From Verrucomicrobiota bacterium (GTDB lineage: Bacteria > Verrucomicrobiota > Verrucomicrobiia > Opitutales > Seribacteraceae): a stretch of DNA of 17,972 nucleotides. The notes beneath the pieces were generated by a model, which worked only from the letters and a program-made list of their open reading frames with translations, made no database searches and was not told the origin of the DNA. A program made the position numbers and the translations under genes. The DNA lies in contig JAQBYT010000054.1 in the NCBI GenBank assembly GCA_027622665.1, forward strand, positions 1-17,972, given 5' to 3'. Positions 9,436-17,848 of the stretch are shown here, piece by piece (the first letter of the stretch is position 1; every line of letters begins with the position of its first letter).

Positions 9436-11760
9436 CTATTTGATGGGTGGAACAAACTCGATTTTCTTCTCGGCGACGTGGCGCGGAGCCTCGATTGTCC
9501 GAGCGCGAATGGTAAAGGGAGCGTTAAGGGGACCCGGAGATTCATCAGTTAGAACTTTTAGGGTGGCGACCTCTTGGCCAGGCGCCAATTCAACGGCTTC
9601 TGCAAGGATGCCTTTGGCATGGTCGGGCTGAATGAGTTCGACTAACATGGGCAGCTTCAAGGTGTTTGCGGTGCGACGGATGGTCACTGGAATAGTGAAG
9701 GCTTCGTTGGGGGGAACGGAAAAGGAGTCGGCAGCCGTTTCAACCGAGACTAATCCGGCTGAGGGGACGCAGATGAACTGGTCGTCGCGTTCGCCGGAAG
9801 TGTAGCTGACCGTGTGCCTCGTCTTGTCGAAATCTGTAATTTCGCCTACCAGCATAACTTGTACTCGACTTGTGCGACCGATCTCAATGCGGTAGGGCAA
9901 CGCTATGGGAAACTTGAAATCTTTCTTTCCCGGAGGAATATCCAGAACACGGTCGGTGACGCCTTGAAGATGTCGAATCTGCTTGTCGGCTAAACGGGCG
10001 ATCAATGGGCCTTCGAAACCACCCCGATCCAGTGCGTAGGGACGGTGATAAGTCGAGCCACTGGGTGTGCCGGCGAGGAACAGGTATTGACCTTGGTGCT
10101 TGAAAGGAACGGGAGGAGCAATTCCGCATAGGAGATGATCCAAGCCTTCCGGAACGGCGGCAGAGCGTGAGGCGTTATGGTCGCCGACGTCGCCGGTTCC
10201 TTTAACCGTTAGCTTGTGAATGCCGACTCTTGTTTTGGGTGGAACGGTGAATTGAAGGTCTGTAAAATCTTTATTCGCGGCGATAGTTGAGTTGAACACC
10301 TTCACGTGCGGAGGTAGGCCATCGACGCTTACGAGTACCTCGTTCTTGAACCCTCCTTTTCTATCCACCGTAACGCGCAGTTTGGAGCCCGTGGGCTTTG
10401 TCTCGTCCGTGATGGGTTCGGTGGAGCGTACGATGTTTAAGTGCGAGTCGGCGAGCGTGAGAGAAAAATTCGGTTGGGTAGCCAGCGGCGTTACGGTCAG
10501 TCGATAGGCGAAGGAGGGGCCACCGCGGGAGGCGAAACGATCCTTGACTGCAAGGGTGTAAACGCCGCTCTTGGGAGCGGTGAAGTCCAGTTTCGAGTCC
10601 AGTTGACCCTTGGTGCTGTCGTCATTGGTGCTCAGTTGTTTACCTTCCTCGTCCAGCACTTCCAACACGGAGTCAAGAGGACTGCCGAGTACTGATGCTG
10701 AAAGGTCTAGGGAGATGCCTTCCTTTTCATTCATTGCTATGGCCCACTTGTCGGTTTCTTCGGGTTTCAGGATACGACCGTTTAGTACTGCGGGTACAGA
10801 TATGGGCGACTTTGCCGGCTCGAGGTGCTCGGGGTGTTCGCCAATGGCAAAGGTGGCATGGCCGAAGCTCTTGATCGAGATGGTTTGGAGGTTCTCCGAG
10901 TCACCTTTCAATCGGATGTCGGCCATCTCTCCTTTGAGGCCGGGACCAATTAATTCAGCCTGAAAGGTGTAACCGCGTCGACCGCCAAGGGGGTACGCGG
11001 AGATGATTTGAGGTGCTCTCTTTATGGTGAGTCTGTAAACATGATTCTGTAAGCCTTCGAAGCGGGCATCGTGAATGCTTGCCTCGTAACGTCCTGTTTT
11101 CGGAACCTTGAACCAATAAACGGAATCTCCGCCTTTAAAGAACTTTTCCGTTTGGATGGAATTCCCCTCTGAATCCCGAATGAACATTACGGCTGAAAGG
11201 GGAGAACCGAACCGTTTGGCGGCCGCGTCGCAAACAATGGTTTCGCCGGCTTTTGCCTCGAATGACCAGAGGTCGACGTCCTCACGAGGGAAGATGCGTC
11301 CATTTATAGTGACGGGCAATACCACCTCTTTCGGAATGGGATTACCCGCGACTTCAAGTTCAGTGATCTCGGGAAGGTCGCCAATCACGAATTTGAGGGG
11401 TCGCGTGACTCCCTGAGAGGTCCAGCATCGCCAGAGACGGTGACCAATTTGTGCGTCACCATGGATCGTGATTTCTCCCAAATGGTCCTTCGGGTAGCCC
11501 TCTTTTCTAGAGGACAAAGGTTGTTGGATCATTGGCCCATCGAACCAGACCGTCTCGGTCCGTTTGATCGACGACTTGAACTTTACGCCCGACCCAAGCA
11601 TTTCGAAATGTGCTTCTCCGTGAAAGTAATACCCCCCCACGCGCACTTGAATAGTCGTTCCCCGCTGACCACCTGCGGGAAAAACATATTCGATGTCCGG
11701 TGGTTCGGCTTGTGCGAATACGGCCAACCCCAGAGCGATGATGGAGGAAGCTCGCTTCAC
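9436..11760 (-). CDS. Secreted PPC (pre-peptidase C-terminal)/Ig-like repeat protein of PVC-type DUF1501 clusters
   Basis: 774 aa, GTG start 2 nt after the DUF1501 stop. Signal peptide ending AQA. Duplicated P-x-GG-x-RG motifs and PPC-like segments (LPVTINGRI..DVD..GSPL..YRLTI; VPAVLNGRI..ETD..GSPLD..NDD..YRLTV). No protease catalytic domain recognised. Confidence 0.75.
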   Translation of the reverse strand: MKRASSIIALGLAVFAQAEPPDIEYVFPAGGQRGTTIQVRVGGYYFHGEAHFEMLGSGVKFKSSIKRTETVWFDGPMIQQPLSSRKEGYPKDHLGEITIHGDAQIGHRLWRCWTSQGVTRPLKFVIGDLPEITELEVAGNPIPKEVVLPVTINGRIFPREDVDLWSFEAKAGETIVCDAAAKRFGSPLSAVMFIRDSEGNSIQTEKFFKGGDSVYWFKVPKTGRYEASIHDARFEGLQNHVYRLTIKRAPQIISAYPLGGRRGYTFQAELIGPGLKGEMADIRLKGDSENLQTISIKSFGHATFAIGEHPEHLEPAKSPISVPAVLNGRILKPEETDKWAIAMNEKEGISLDLSASVLGSPLDSVLEVLDEEGKQLSTNDDSTKGQLDSKLDFTAPKSGVYTLAVKDRFASRGGPSFAYRLTVTPLATQPNFSLTLADSHLNIVRSTEPITDETKPTGSKLRVTVDRKGGFKNEVLVSVDGLPPHVKVFNSTIAANKDFTDLQFTVPPKTRVGIHKLTVKGTGDVGDHNASRSAAVPEGLDHLLCGIAPPVPFKHQGQYLFLAGTPSGSTYHRPYALDRGGFEGPLIARLADKQIRHLQGVTDRVLDIPPGKKDFKFPIALPYRIEIGRTSRVQVMLVGEITDFDKTRHTVSYTSGERDDQFICVPSAGLVSVETAADSFSVPPNEAFTIPVTIRRTANTLKLPMLVELIQPDHAKGILAEAVELAPGQEVATLKVLTDESPGPLNAPFTIRARTIEAPRHVAEKKIEFVPPIK

Positions 11761-11762
11761 GG

Positions 11763-13094
11763 TTACAGCAAATCCTGGATGACTCTACCGTTGTTGGTAA
11801 CCATAATTGGCCGACCATCCGGTGTGTGCATCTCGCTTCGCGGATCAATGCCCATGCGGTTATAGACGGTAGCGCACAGGTCTTCCGGTCCATAGGGGTC
11901 TTCCGCGGGATCCATGGCCCACTTGTCGCTTTTACCCAACACGCGCCCGCCTTTTATTCCGGCGCCTGCCAACGCAACAGTAAAGCAACGACTCCAGTGG
12001 TCGCGCCCGGCGGAATCGTTGATCTTTGGGGTGCGACCGAATTCACCGGTTAGCAAAACGAGGGTGTTCTGAAGAAGTCCTCGCGAGTCAAGATCCTTGA
12101 AGAGGGTGGGTATCGCTTGGTCGAATTTCGGAAGCAGGTCGTCTTGGAGGGTTTGGAAATTGTGGTAGTGGGTGTCCCAATTGGAATGCTCGACGGTCAC
12201 GCATCGAACGCCGGCCTCCACTAGTCGGCGGGCCATAAGGCAGGATTGGCCGAGCGTGTTCCGGCCGTAGGCATCCCGAAGCTTATCGGATTCCTTGTTG
12301 ATGTCGAAGGCCTCCTTGGCCGCCTTGCTCGTCATCAACTCGGTGGCTCGTTGGGCAAAGACGCCAAGTTCTCGCGTCCCTCGGTTCGCTTTCGCCTCCA
12401 TGCTTTTGTGAAAGCGATCCACCTTTGACAAAAGGCTTCTCCGGTCATCGATGCGCTTGGCCTCGATCGAGAAAGGGGGTTGCATGTCAGGTACGGCAAA
12501 TCCCGGGGAACTGGGGTCCGCCTCGATCGTGAATGGGGCTGCCTCGGGTCCCAGATAGGCTGAGCTTCCGCTGTTGTGCATGTTCGGCAGGCAAACATAC
12601 GGCGGAATGGCGCCTCGCGGTCCAAGTTTGTGAGAAATAACTGACCCCATAGCAGGGTGCTGGTTGTTGGGTTTCAATCCTCCGTCGAATCCACCGACGG
12701 GATGATACCCCGTGAGCATGTAATGGTCTGCAGGACCGTGTCCGGCATTCCGGTGAGTGAAGGACCGAATAATCGAAAACTTGTCCATCACCTTGGCGAT
12801 GTTAGGAATTTTCTCACAGACGCGAGTACCCGGAACGTTGGAGGGTATGGATTGAAATGGCCCTCGAATTTCGCTCGGCGCATCAGGCTTCATGTCGAAC
12901 GTATCGATGGTGCTAAGCCCTCCCTTGAGAAAAACAAAAATGAACGAGACGTCTTTCTTTGCCGTAAGCGAGTTTCCGGATGCCTCGGCTTGAAGAAGTT
13001 TTGGGAGTGACATATTCAGGCCCAAGGCTCCTGCCGCGCCTATTCGGAGGAAATCTCGTCTGCCCCAACCATCGCAAAATCTTCTCTCAGTCAT
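11763..13094 (-). CDS. DUF1501 family protein, Tat-exported
   Basis: 443 aa. Twin-arginine signal GRRDFLRIG. Family motifs FLKGGLSTIDTFDMKPDAP, YGRNTLGQSCLMARRLVEAGVR, WDTH, GEFGRTP, GRDHW. Confidence 0.9.
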   Translation of the reverse strand: MTERRFCDGWGRRDFLRIGAAGALGLNMSLPKLLQAEASGNSLTAKKDVSFIFVFLKGGLSTIDTFDMKPDAPSEIRGPFQSIPSNVPGTRVCEKIPNIAKVMDKFSIIRSFTHRNAGHGPADHYMLTGYHPVGGFDGGLKPNNQHPAMGSVISHKLGPRGAIPPYVCLPNMHNSGSSAYLGPEAAPFTIEADPSSPGFAVPDMQPPFSIEAKRIDDRRSLLSKVDRFHKSMEAKANRGTRELGVFAQRATELMTSKAAKEAFDINKESDKLRDAYGRNTLGQSCLMARRLVEAGVRCVTVEHSNWDTHYHNFQTLQDDLLPKFDQAIPTLFKDLDSRGLLQNTLVLLTGEFGRTPKINDSAGRDHWSRCFTVALAGAGIKGGRVLGKSDKWAMDPAEDPYGPEDLCATVYNRMGIDPRSEMHTPDGRPIMVTNNGRVIQDLL

Positions 13095-13135
13095 AATTTG
13101 GAATCCCTCATCGATTTAAAGTTATCTCAAAACCT

Positions 13136-15331
13136 TCAATGGTTAAAGATAAATTCCAGTGAGTTGAGCAAAGACCAAGCCAGATCCTGCACCGCTTTTT
13201 CGCGTAAAAGACTGTCCTCGGGTATATAGTCGATGGCAGTTTGGACCTCCTCCGTTGTGGGCTTCCGGCTGTAGCATGCGAGGTAGAGTTCCTTTACGAG
13301 TTCAGCGTCTTCGGAATGACGAAGCAAGAGGCGCTTGACGGTACCGCCCGGATGGGAGAGCTTTCGCTGCAAGTTAGGGGAGTTCATGAGGTGTAGCGAC
13401 TGGGCGATAGTGGCCCCTGTAACACGTTCGCATTCACAAACCGTCGAACGCCCGGGGCGCCCAAAAAGCTTAAGGAAATAGTGCTGCACCTGACTGTCCC
13501 ATAACTGCACAGCGCGGTAACCGCTGGGCATCCCGTCGTACTTCTCCGGCACACCTGTCACGTCGCACACCGCATCCATCAGCACTTCGGCGGGAAGTCG
13601 TCGAAAAAGCGCCCGCGAGAAATTTTTCTCATCGCTGAAATTGCTTTCGTTCGGCTTGGAAGAAAGCTGATAGGTGCGAGATGCGGTAATGAGCCGAATC
13701 ATTGCCTTGAGGTCATACTTGCTTTCGATGAGGTGAGTCGCCAACTTGTCGAGCAGTTCCGGATTGCTCGGCGGATTGGTCTCTCGAAGATCGTCCACCG
13801 GCATAACCAGCCCATTCCCGAGCAGATGCGCCCAGATGCGATTGGCCAGGTTTCGAGCGAACCAAGGGTTTTCGGGAGCAGTCAACCAATCAGACAATGC
13901 AATGCGTCGATCACCCTCCGGCGGCTTGTCCGTCATGGGAGCGCCTAGAGGGTAGGGGTGGATGACCTTGCCCGTGCGGGGATGCTTAATGACTGGGTTG
14001 CCATCCGCAAGAAGGGCCAAGCCTGCAGCTGATTCTTTTGTCTTCACTTGCTGAAAAAAGCCTCGCATGGCATGGTAGTCCTTTTGCGTCCAGCGATCGT
14101 AAGGGTGTTGATGGCATTCCGCACAAGTCAGTCGCACTCCCAAGAACACCTGAGCCGTCATGGCCGACATCTCGCCCGTACTTTTCGTTGTGCGGAAAAA
14201 GTATCCGGCAGGCTGTTCATTCAACGGTCCCTCGGCGGTCAGGAGTTCGCGAGCCATCAAATCCAAGGGTTTGTCGATCGCCAACGACCGGTGAATCCAG
14301 CGATAGTACTCATGGGCGTTCTCGTGCCCCAACTTGAGGCGATCCACCCTGAGCAAGTCCGACCACCGAAGGGCCCAGAAATCAGCAAACTCCGGTCGCG
14401 ATAAAAGCCCGTCGACCAGTTTTGCGCGCTGATCAATCGTTTCCTCTTTCAGGAAGAGTTCGGCTTCCCGTGCCGTGGGCAGTCGACCAATGAGATCGAG
14501 GTATGCGCGCCGAATGAAGGTCGCATCGTTTGCCAATTCCGAGGGTGCAATATTAAGACGCTTCAGCTGCCGGTCAACCAGTCCGTCTATAAAGTTGTTC
14601 GTCGGCATTTTCGGATGCGTCACCTCCGACCCCGTTTGTGGGATGATGGCTTGAAACACCGCCACCTTTCCTCGATACCGAGCCATTAGCGATACTTGTC
14701 CGACGGTGTCACCGATGGCCACTTTGCCATCCTCGCTCACCGTTGCCATGCCTTCGTCGTTTGAGTGGAACATCGACAACCAGCTCACGTCGCGGGTGGA
14801 ACCGTCGTCAAAGTCCGCCAGCACTTTCAATTGAAAATTCTCTCCGAATCGCATCGATCGCCGAGCGGGATTCAGTCTGACCTTCTCGAGTTTTGACTTT
14901 TCCTCAATCGAAAAGGGAGTTCCATCCGAAATCCACTTGAGTATCAGCTTGTATGCCGAAGTTTCCTTTGTCACTCGAATGCCACCGCCGTGCCCGACCT
15001 CTCCGGTGATCTTGCGAAGCAATAAGCTCTGCTCCGGAGCAGTCGGTAATATGCGACGACCACGGCTATCCATCGTAAGTGCGTTGAAATCACTTTCAGG
15101 ATCATGTTCGAACACGGACAGTTTGAATCCATTTTGTCCTTCCGCCTTTCCGTGGCACGAAGCCCCGTTACAACCCATGCGAGTCATAAGTGGCAATACG
15201 TCGCTGGTGAAATCCACGCGGTTCGGTGCATCGGCGAAGCCCGAACCCACCGCTACCAGCAAAGCAAGTATCAACAGAGGAATTGATTCCAAATGGAAGC
15301 CTTTGCCTTTCCGTCGCAACGAGTTTCCCAT
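13136..15331 (-). CDS. DUF1549/DUF1553 (PSD-type) protein with Ig-like domain and Cys-x-Cys-His motifs
   Basis: Likely start ATG 15331 (ORF track 15370). Hydrophobic signal. DFTSDVLPLMTRMGCNGASCHG, Ig-like segment, NNFID..FIRRAYLDLIGRLPT, FLGVRLTCAECHQHPYDRWTQ (DUF1549), NRIWAHLLG.GLV.PVDD..NPPSNPELL..SRTYQLSS..RRLPAEVL.D (DUF1553). Ends LLNSLEFIFNH. Confidence 0.9.
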   Translation of the reverse strand: MGNSLRRKGKGFHLESIPLLILALLVAVGSGFADAPNRVDFTSDVLPLMTRMGCNGASCHGKAEGQNGFKLSVFEHDPESDFNALTMDSRGRRILPTAPEQSLLLRKITGEVGHGGGIRVTKETSAYKLILKWISDGTPFSIEEKSKLEKVRLNPARRSMRFGENFQLKVLADFDDGSTRDVSWLSMFHSNDEGMATVSEDGKVAIGDTVGQVSLMARYRGKVAVFQAIIPQTGSEVTHPKMPTNNFIDGLVDRQLKRLNIAPSELANDATFIRRAYLDLIGRLPTAREAELFLKEETIDQRAKLVDGLLSRPEFADFWALRWSDLLRVDRLKLGHENAHEYYRWIHRSLAIDKPLDLMARELLTAEGPLNEQPAGYFFRTTKSTGEMSAMTAQVFLGVRLTCAECHQHPYDRWTQKDYHAMRGFFQQVKTKESAAGLALLADGNPVIKHPRTGKVIHPYPLGAPMTDKPPEGDRRIALSDWLTAPENPWFARNLANRIWAHLLGNGLVMPVDDLRETNPPSNPELLDKLATHLIESKYDLKAMIRLITASRTYQLSSKPNESNFSDEKNFSRALFRRLPAEVLMDAVCDVTGVPEKYDGMPSGYRAVQLWDSQVQHYFLKLFGRPGRSTVCECERVTGATIAQSLHLMNSPNLQRKLSHPGGTVKRLLLRHSEDAELVKELYLACYSRKPTTEEVQTAIDYIPEDSLLREKAVQDLAWSLLNSLEFIFNH

Positions 15332-15402
15332 TTTCAAGTCCGATGTAATTTTGCCTGCACTGAGCATCAACCTGTATTCAAGGCTTCGATAACATCTTAT
15401 GG

Positions 15403-15420
15403 AAAAGCCTTTCGGCTCTC
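15403..15420 (-). terminator. GNRA-tetraloop hairpin with short U-run between the anti-sigma-like gene and the DUF1549 gene
   Basis: Minus strand GAGAGCC-GAAA-GGCTTTT. Short stem containing two G-U pairs. Confidence 0.3.
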
Positions 15421-15548
15421 TTGAGCAAACTCTTTACTTAAACTCCCGTCATATTTTTTTTGCACTCTGTCGCATGATTCACATTTCGATGTGCATCGAT
15501 CATCAGGTACTCTTCCCTCCATCTCGAATGGATGAAGCACGACCAAGC

Positions 15549-16202
15549 CTATCCATTGAAAGCTGAAAGTGTTTCTTGGATGAAATCGATGGCTTGGTCG
15601 GTATCTCGACGGAGATTGTCGAATTCGGCTTGGTAGGGTGTTTTGGGGAATGGGGGAAAAACTGGAACGGTTAGGGTGGGGGTGCTGTTGACGAGGTCGG
15701 CCCATGGCAGGAAGATTGCCAGAAAGGAATCGGTTCCTCTACGGATGTCTCGTTGAAGGCGAGTTGCCTCTACCGTGAAGGGAAAGGAGTAAGCTACTTG
15801 GCGTAGGGCATTGAGGGATTCCTCGGGCAAGGGTTCTACAGAATGATTGATTGGATATGTTCCGATTTCCAGTGTCTCTATGAGCTTGGTTTGTTCGCGA
15901 ATCGGAGAAATCAACTTATCCTTCTCGCTCAAGGATATGAAAAGGAAAAGTACCAAGGCGATTGCAGCAAAAGAACCGAACACCGGTATCAAGTAACTTG
16001 CGGCGGGCGACTGTGGCGAGGGAGCTTCTGCGGGGTTGGCGGCAATGGAGCTCATGATTTCCCGGACTTTTCCATCGTCGGAAGTGTCGACCGTGGAGCC
16101 GTTATGCTCGGAGCGAGTCTCGCGGCGAAGAGCTTCGACCACAAGTTCTTCCTTTCGAGTAGTCGGACGGTTTTGAAAGAGGGCGAGAAGTTTGGCTATC
16201 AT
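15549..16202 (-). CDS. Single-pass membrane protein, putative anti-sigma factor
   Basis: 217 aa, 15 nt downstream of the ECF gene. About 69-aa N-terminal soluble part, one TM (YLIPVFGSFAAIALVLFLFISL), C-terminal region with an internal repeat. Function inferred from position and topology. Confidence 0.65.
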   Translation of the reverse strand: MIAKLLALFQNRPTTRKEELVVEALRRETRSEHNGSTVDTSDDGKVREIMSSIAANPAEAPSPQSPAASYLIPVFGSFAAIALVLFLFISLSEKDKLISPIREQTKLIETLEIGTYPINHSVEPLPEESLNALRQVAYSFPFTVEATRLQRDIRRGTDSFLAIFLPWADLVNSTPTLTVPVFPPFPKTPYQAEFDNLRRDTDQAIDFIQETLSAFNG

Positions 16203-16217
16203 GGGGTGGACCGTATG

Positions 16218-16766
16218 TTACGGATGGATCGGTTCATAGGTTTGAGGATCAATTTGATCGGCTAAACTTCGACGAGCGCGAAAGAGGAGTACCTTTGTTC
16301 CAGTGGTGGTCTTCCCGAGGACTTCCGCGATCTCTTTCACTGGCATGTTCTCCCCATAGTGAAGCCGGAGAGCCCTGAAGGCGTCGGGAGACAGCAGTTT
16401 AGAGGCGCTTGACCACAGGGAGTCGGAATCGGAAGGTGTTGCACATTCGTTCCCGGGAAGCTCAGTTTCTCCTTCGAAAAGAGGGCTTTCCCCTCGCCGG
16501 GATCGATTTCTCTTGAAGTTGATGGCCAAGCGGCGAGCAATGACGAATAGCCAAGTGAGAAAAGGTTTTCGGGGATCGTAGCGAGAGAGGCTTCTGAAGG
16601 CTCGAATAAAGGTTTCCTGAGCAAGATCTTCGGCATCGGAGGTATTTCCCGAAAAGGAGGCAAGGAACCGGACTAGCCCTTCACGCCGTCTCCGGACAAG
16701 TGCTTCAAAGGCGACCATGTCGCCCTTAGATGCCTCTCGGGCAAGATCCTCGTCAGTCTGGGACAA
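16218..16766 (-). CDS. ECF-family sigma-70 RNA polymerase sigma factor
   Basis: TDEDLA..GDMVAFEALVRR; region 2 DAEDLAQETFIRAF..FLTWLFVIARRLAIN; region 4 LSPDAFRALRLHYGENMPVKEIAEVLGKTTTGTKVLLFRARRSL. Start taken as TTG 16766 because the track start (16877) overlaps the upstream gene. Confidence 0.92.
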   Translation of the reverse strand: MSQTDEDLAREASKGDMVAFEALVRRRREGLVRFLASFSGNTSDAEDLAQETFIRAFRSLSRYDPRKPFLTWLFVIARRLAINFKRNRSRRGESPLFEGETELPGNECATPSDSDSLWSSASKLLSPDAFRALRLHYGENMPVKEIAEVLGKTTTGTKVLLFRARRSLADQIDPQTYEPIHP

Positions 16767-16821
16767 GGAAACACTCGCTCGGAATTTGCTTGGGACCTCT
16801 CGTGAAAGGGGAACTTGCAGT

Positions 16822-17778
16822 TTATTGTTCGTTAGCGTCGTCGCTATCATTCCCTTGCTGTGCTTTTTTCTTGGCAATTTCCTTAGCCATTTGTTCCTTC
16901 ACCAAATCGGCTGAAACGCCAAGATAAACCCGAACGTGGCTTCCCTCTCGTGAAACATGTGTTTTGATGGCGGTGGCAAGTTCGGCTACCTTGGGATCGA
17001 GGTCGGCTCCGAGAGTCAATAGACTGGTCGCTCCGCGAAGAATGTTCTCTAGATGACCGGCGGTTGCCTCGTCTGCTGTCTTCATCACGGCGGCGACTCG
17101 CACTTCTCCATCCACTTCGCCGATAGCTAGACCAATTGCACTAGCCTTCTTTAGAATGGCGGCCTCGGGTGCTTTCTTCGGAGGATTGAACTTGGTGATC
17201 ATCTTGAGATCGGCTATGCCCTGAGCGACCGGGTGGGGTATGGCCTTGGCCAGTTCATTCAATAGTGTGCTCGCATCACTGGATGGCTGTTTCCCAGTGA
17301 GAACGTCGATGCCGTGTTTGACGTAATCCGCACCTGTTCCGGCAACTATTGTATCTTCGTCAATGATAGCGAAAGCCTTTTTCTTTTCGGAATAGATCGT
17401 CTTTCCGGCATGAGTTGAGGTTTCTATTTTTTCGTTTAAAGCAACGAAGCCTTCGAGCTGTTTTGCGTTGAAACCTCCCGAGGCGATCACGATTCCTTTT
17501 TCATTTTCACCACGACCAAAAGCCGTCAAGTTTCCCAATCCTTCGATATCCACCCCAAAGGCAGCCTTGATTCCGGCCAACTGCCGTTGGGCGTTTGGCT
17601 GTTTCTTGATTTCGGCAAGAACGAACTGCCCAACGTCGGTTTTCAGCAGACCTTCAAAGTCGATGTGAATCATCCAGTTGGCTTGAGCGGAAACATTATC
17701 GAGGTCTAGTGGAGCAGCGTTCAAATGCCCTCCCGTAAAACTGATGAGCGATAGAATGGAAAAGATGCGAATTTTCAT
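16822..17778 (-). CDS. Secreted/periplasmic protein of unknown function, first gene of the ECF operon
   Basis: 318 aa. Signal peptide MKIRIFSILSLISFTGGHLNA|AP, mixed alpha/beta mature part (WMIHIDFEGLLKTDVG), no Cys, charged C-terminal tail. Confidence 0.8.
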   Translation of the reverse strand: MKIRIFSILSLISFTGGHLNAAPLDLDNVSAQANWMIHIDFEGLLKTDVGQFVLAEIKKQPNAQRQLAGIKAAFGVDIEGLGNLTAFGRGENEKGIVIASGGFNAKQLEGFVALNEKIETSTHAGKTIYSEKKKAFAIIDEDTIVAGTGADYVKHGIDVLTGKQPSSDASTLLNELAKAIPHPVAQGIADLKMITKFNPPKKAPEAAILKKASAIGLAIGEVDGEVRVAAVMKTADEATAGHLENILRGATSLLTLGADLDPKVAELATAIKTHVSREGSHVRVYLGVSADLVKEQMAKEIAKKKAQQGNDSDDANEQ

Positions 17779-17848
17779 TACTTTAAGGCCTTTAGTTTGA
17801 GTTTTGCAGAAAACGATACGGACAATCTAGAAAACGTCCTTTGCCCTG

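Noticed and set aside
15397..15705. 102-aa minus strand ORF overlapping the anti-sigma 3' end
   Set aside because: About half overlaps the anti-sigma gene in another frame, the rest crosses a hairpin-rich intergenic region, and the composition is not protein-like.
16199..16237. Short ORF MNRSIRNIRSTP* bridging the sigma end and anti-sigma start (possible frameshift at a C4 run)
   Set aside because: The anti-sigma has its own ATG at 16202 and both genes look intact; nothing in the sequence requires a frameshift.
16767..16877. N-terminal extension of the ECF sigma
   Set aside because: It overlaps the upstream CDS by 56 nt and precedes the typical ECF N-terminus (TDEDL); TTG 16766 is more plausible.
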